From: Gracilinanus agilis
Lineage: Eukaryota
DNA: 53,219 bases
Direction of reading: 5' to 3'
Assembly (NCBI RefSeq): GCF_016433145.1
Contig: NC_058132.1
Coordinates: forward strand, 23,679,021-23,732,239
The translations under genes and the position numbers were made by a program. The notes beneath the pieces are model-generated. The model saw only the letters and a list, made by a program, of their open reading frames with translations, was not told the origin of the DNA and did no database searches. Position 1 is the first letter of the stretch, and each line of letters begins with the position of its first letter. Below are positions 52,848-53,219 of the stretch, piece by piece.

Positions 52848-53219
52848 GGGGCAGCTGGGGAGCACAGTAGATAAAGCTCCAGGCCTGGAATAGGGAGAAC
52901 TTGGGTTCAAATCCGAACCTCAGGCACTTCCTAGCAGTGAGACCCTGGGCAAGTCACTTGACCAGGATTGTTTAGCCCTTGTCCCTCTTCTGTCTTAGAA
53001 CTGATACCAAGACAGAAGGTAAGGGTTTAAGAAAAAAAAAGAGGGGACAGCCTAGGTGGCTCAGTGGATGGAGTAGCAGGCCTAGAGATGGGAGGTCTCA
53101 GACACATCCTAGCTGTGTGACCCTGGGCAAGTCACTTACCTCCCATTGTCCAACCCTTACTGATGTTCTGCCTTGGAACTAAAACACGGTATTGACTCTA
53201 AGATGGAAGGTAAGGATTT
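52848..53219 (+). mobile_element. Two head-to-tail SINE1-type elements (about 52848-53040 and 53044 to window end)
   Basis: Two successive heads (ggggcagctggggagcacagt; ggggacagcctaggtggctcagt) separated by a polyA. Confidence 0.75.

Overview
Marsupial genomic DNA, most likely a didelphid opossum such as Monodelphis (inferred from MAR1-type and SINE1-type CORE-SINEs and an opossum-style L1 3' end). The window is syntenic with human 19q13.32 and carries four protein-coding genes that I reconstructed exon by exon with GT-AG boundaries and consistent frames. They are VASP (+, 13 exons, 217-12653, 377 aa), OPA3 (-, 2 exons, 20346-14777, 169 aa), GPR4 (-, single coding exon, 26253-25162, 363 aa) and the short isoform of EML2 (-, 19 exons, 51821-34986, 649 aa). 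There is no prokaryotic-type system such as CRISPR. The best second-look items are: VASP has Gly in place of the PKG site Ser239; a hAT-type MITE occurs twice, one copy with a near-perfect CTCF motif and the other nested in a SINE; a 33-bp MIR3/L3-tail-like unit is amplified into a higher-order minisatellite; EML2 has a U12-type intron preceded by an in-frame, stop-free 96-nt intron; OPA3 has only one terminal exon; and an AT-rich block bounded by N contains an orphan exon-like segment. Comparisons with human proteins and repeat consensus sequences are from memory, not from a database search. Repeat boundaries are approximate.
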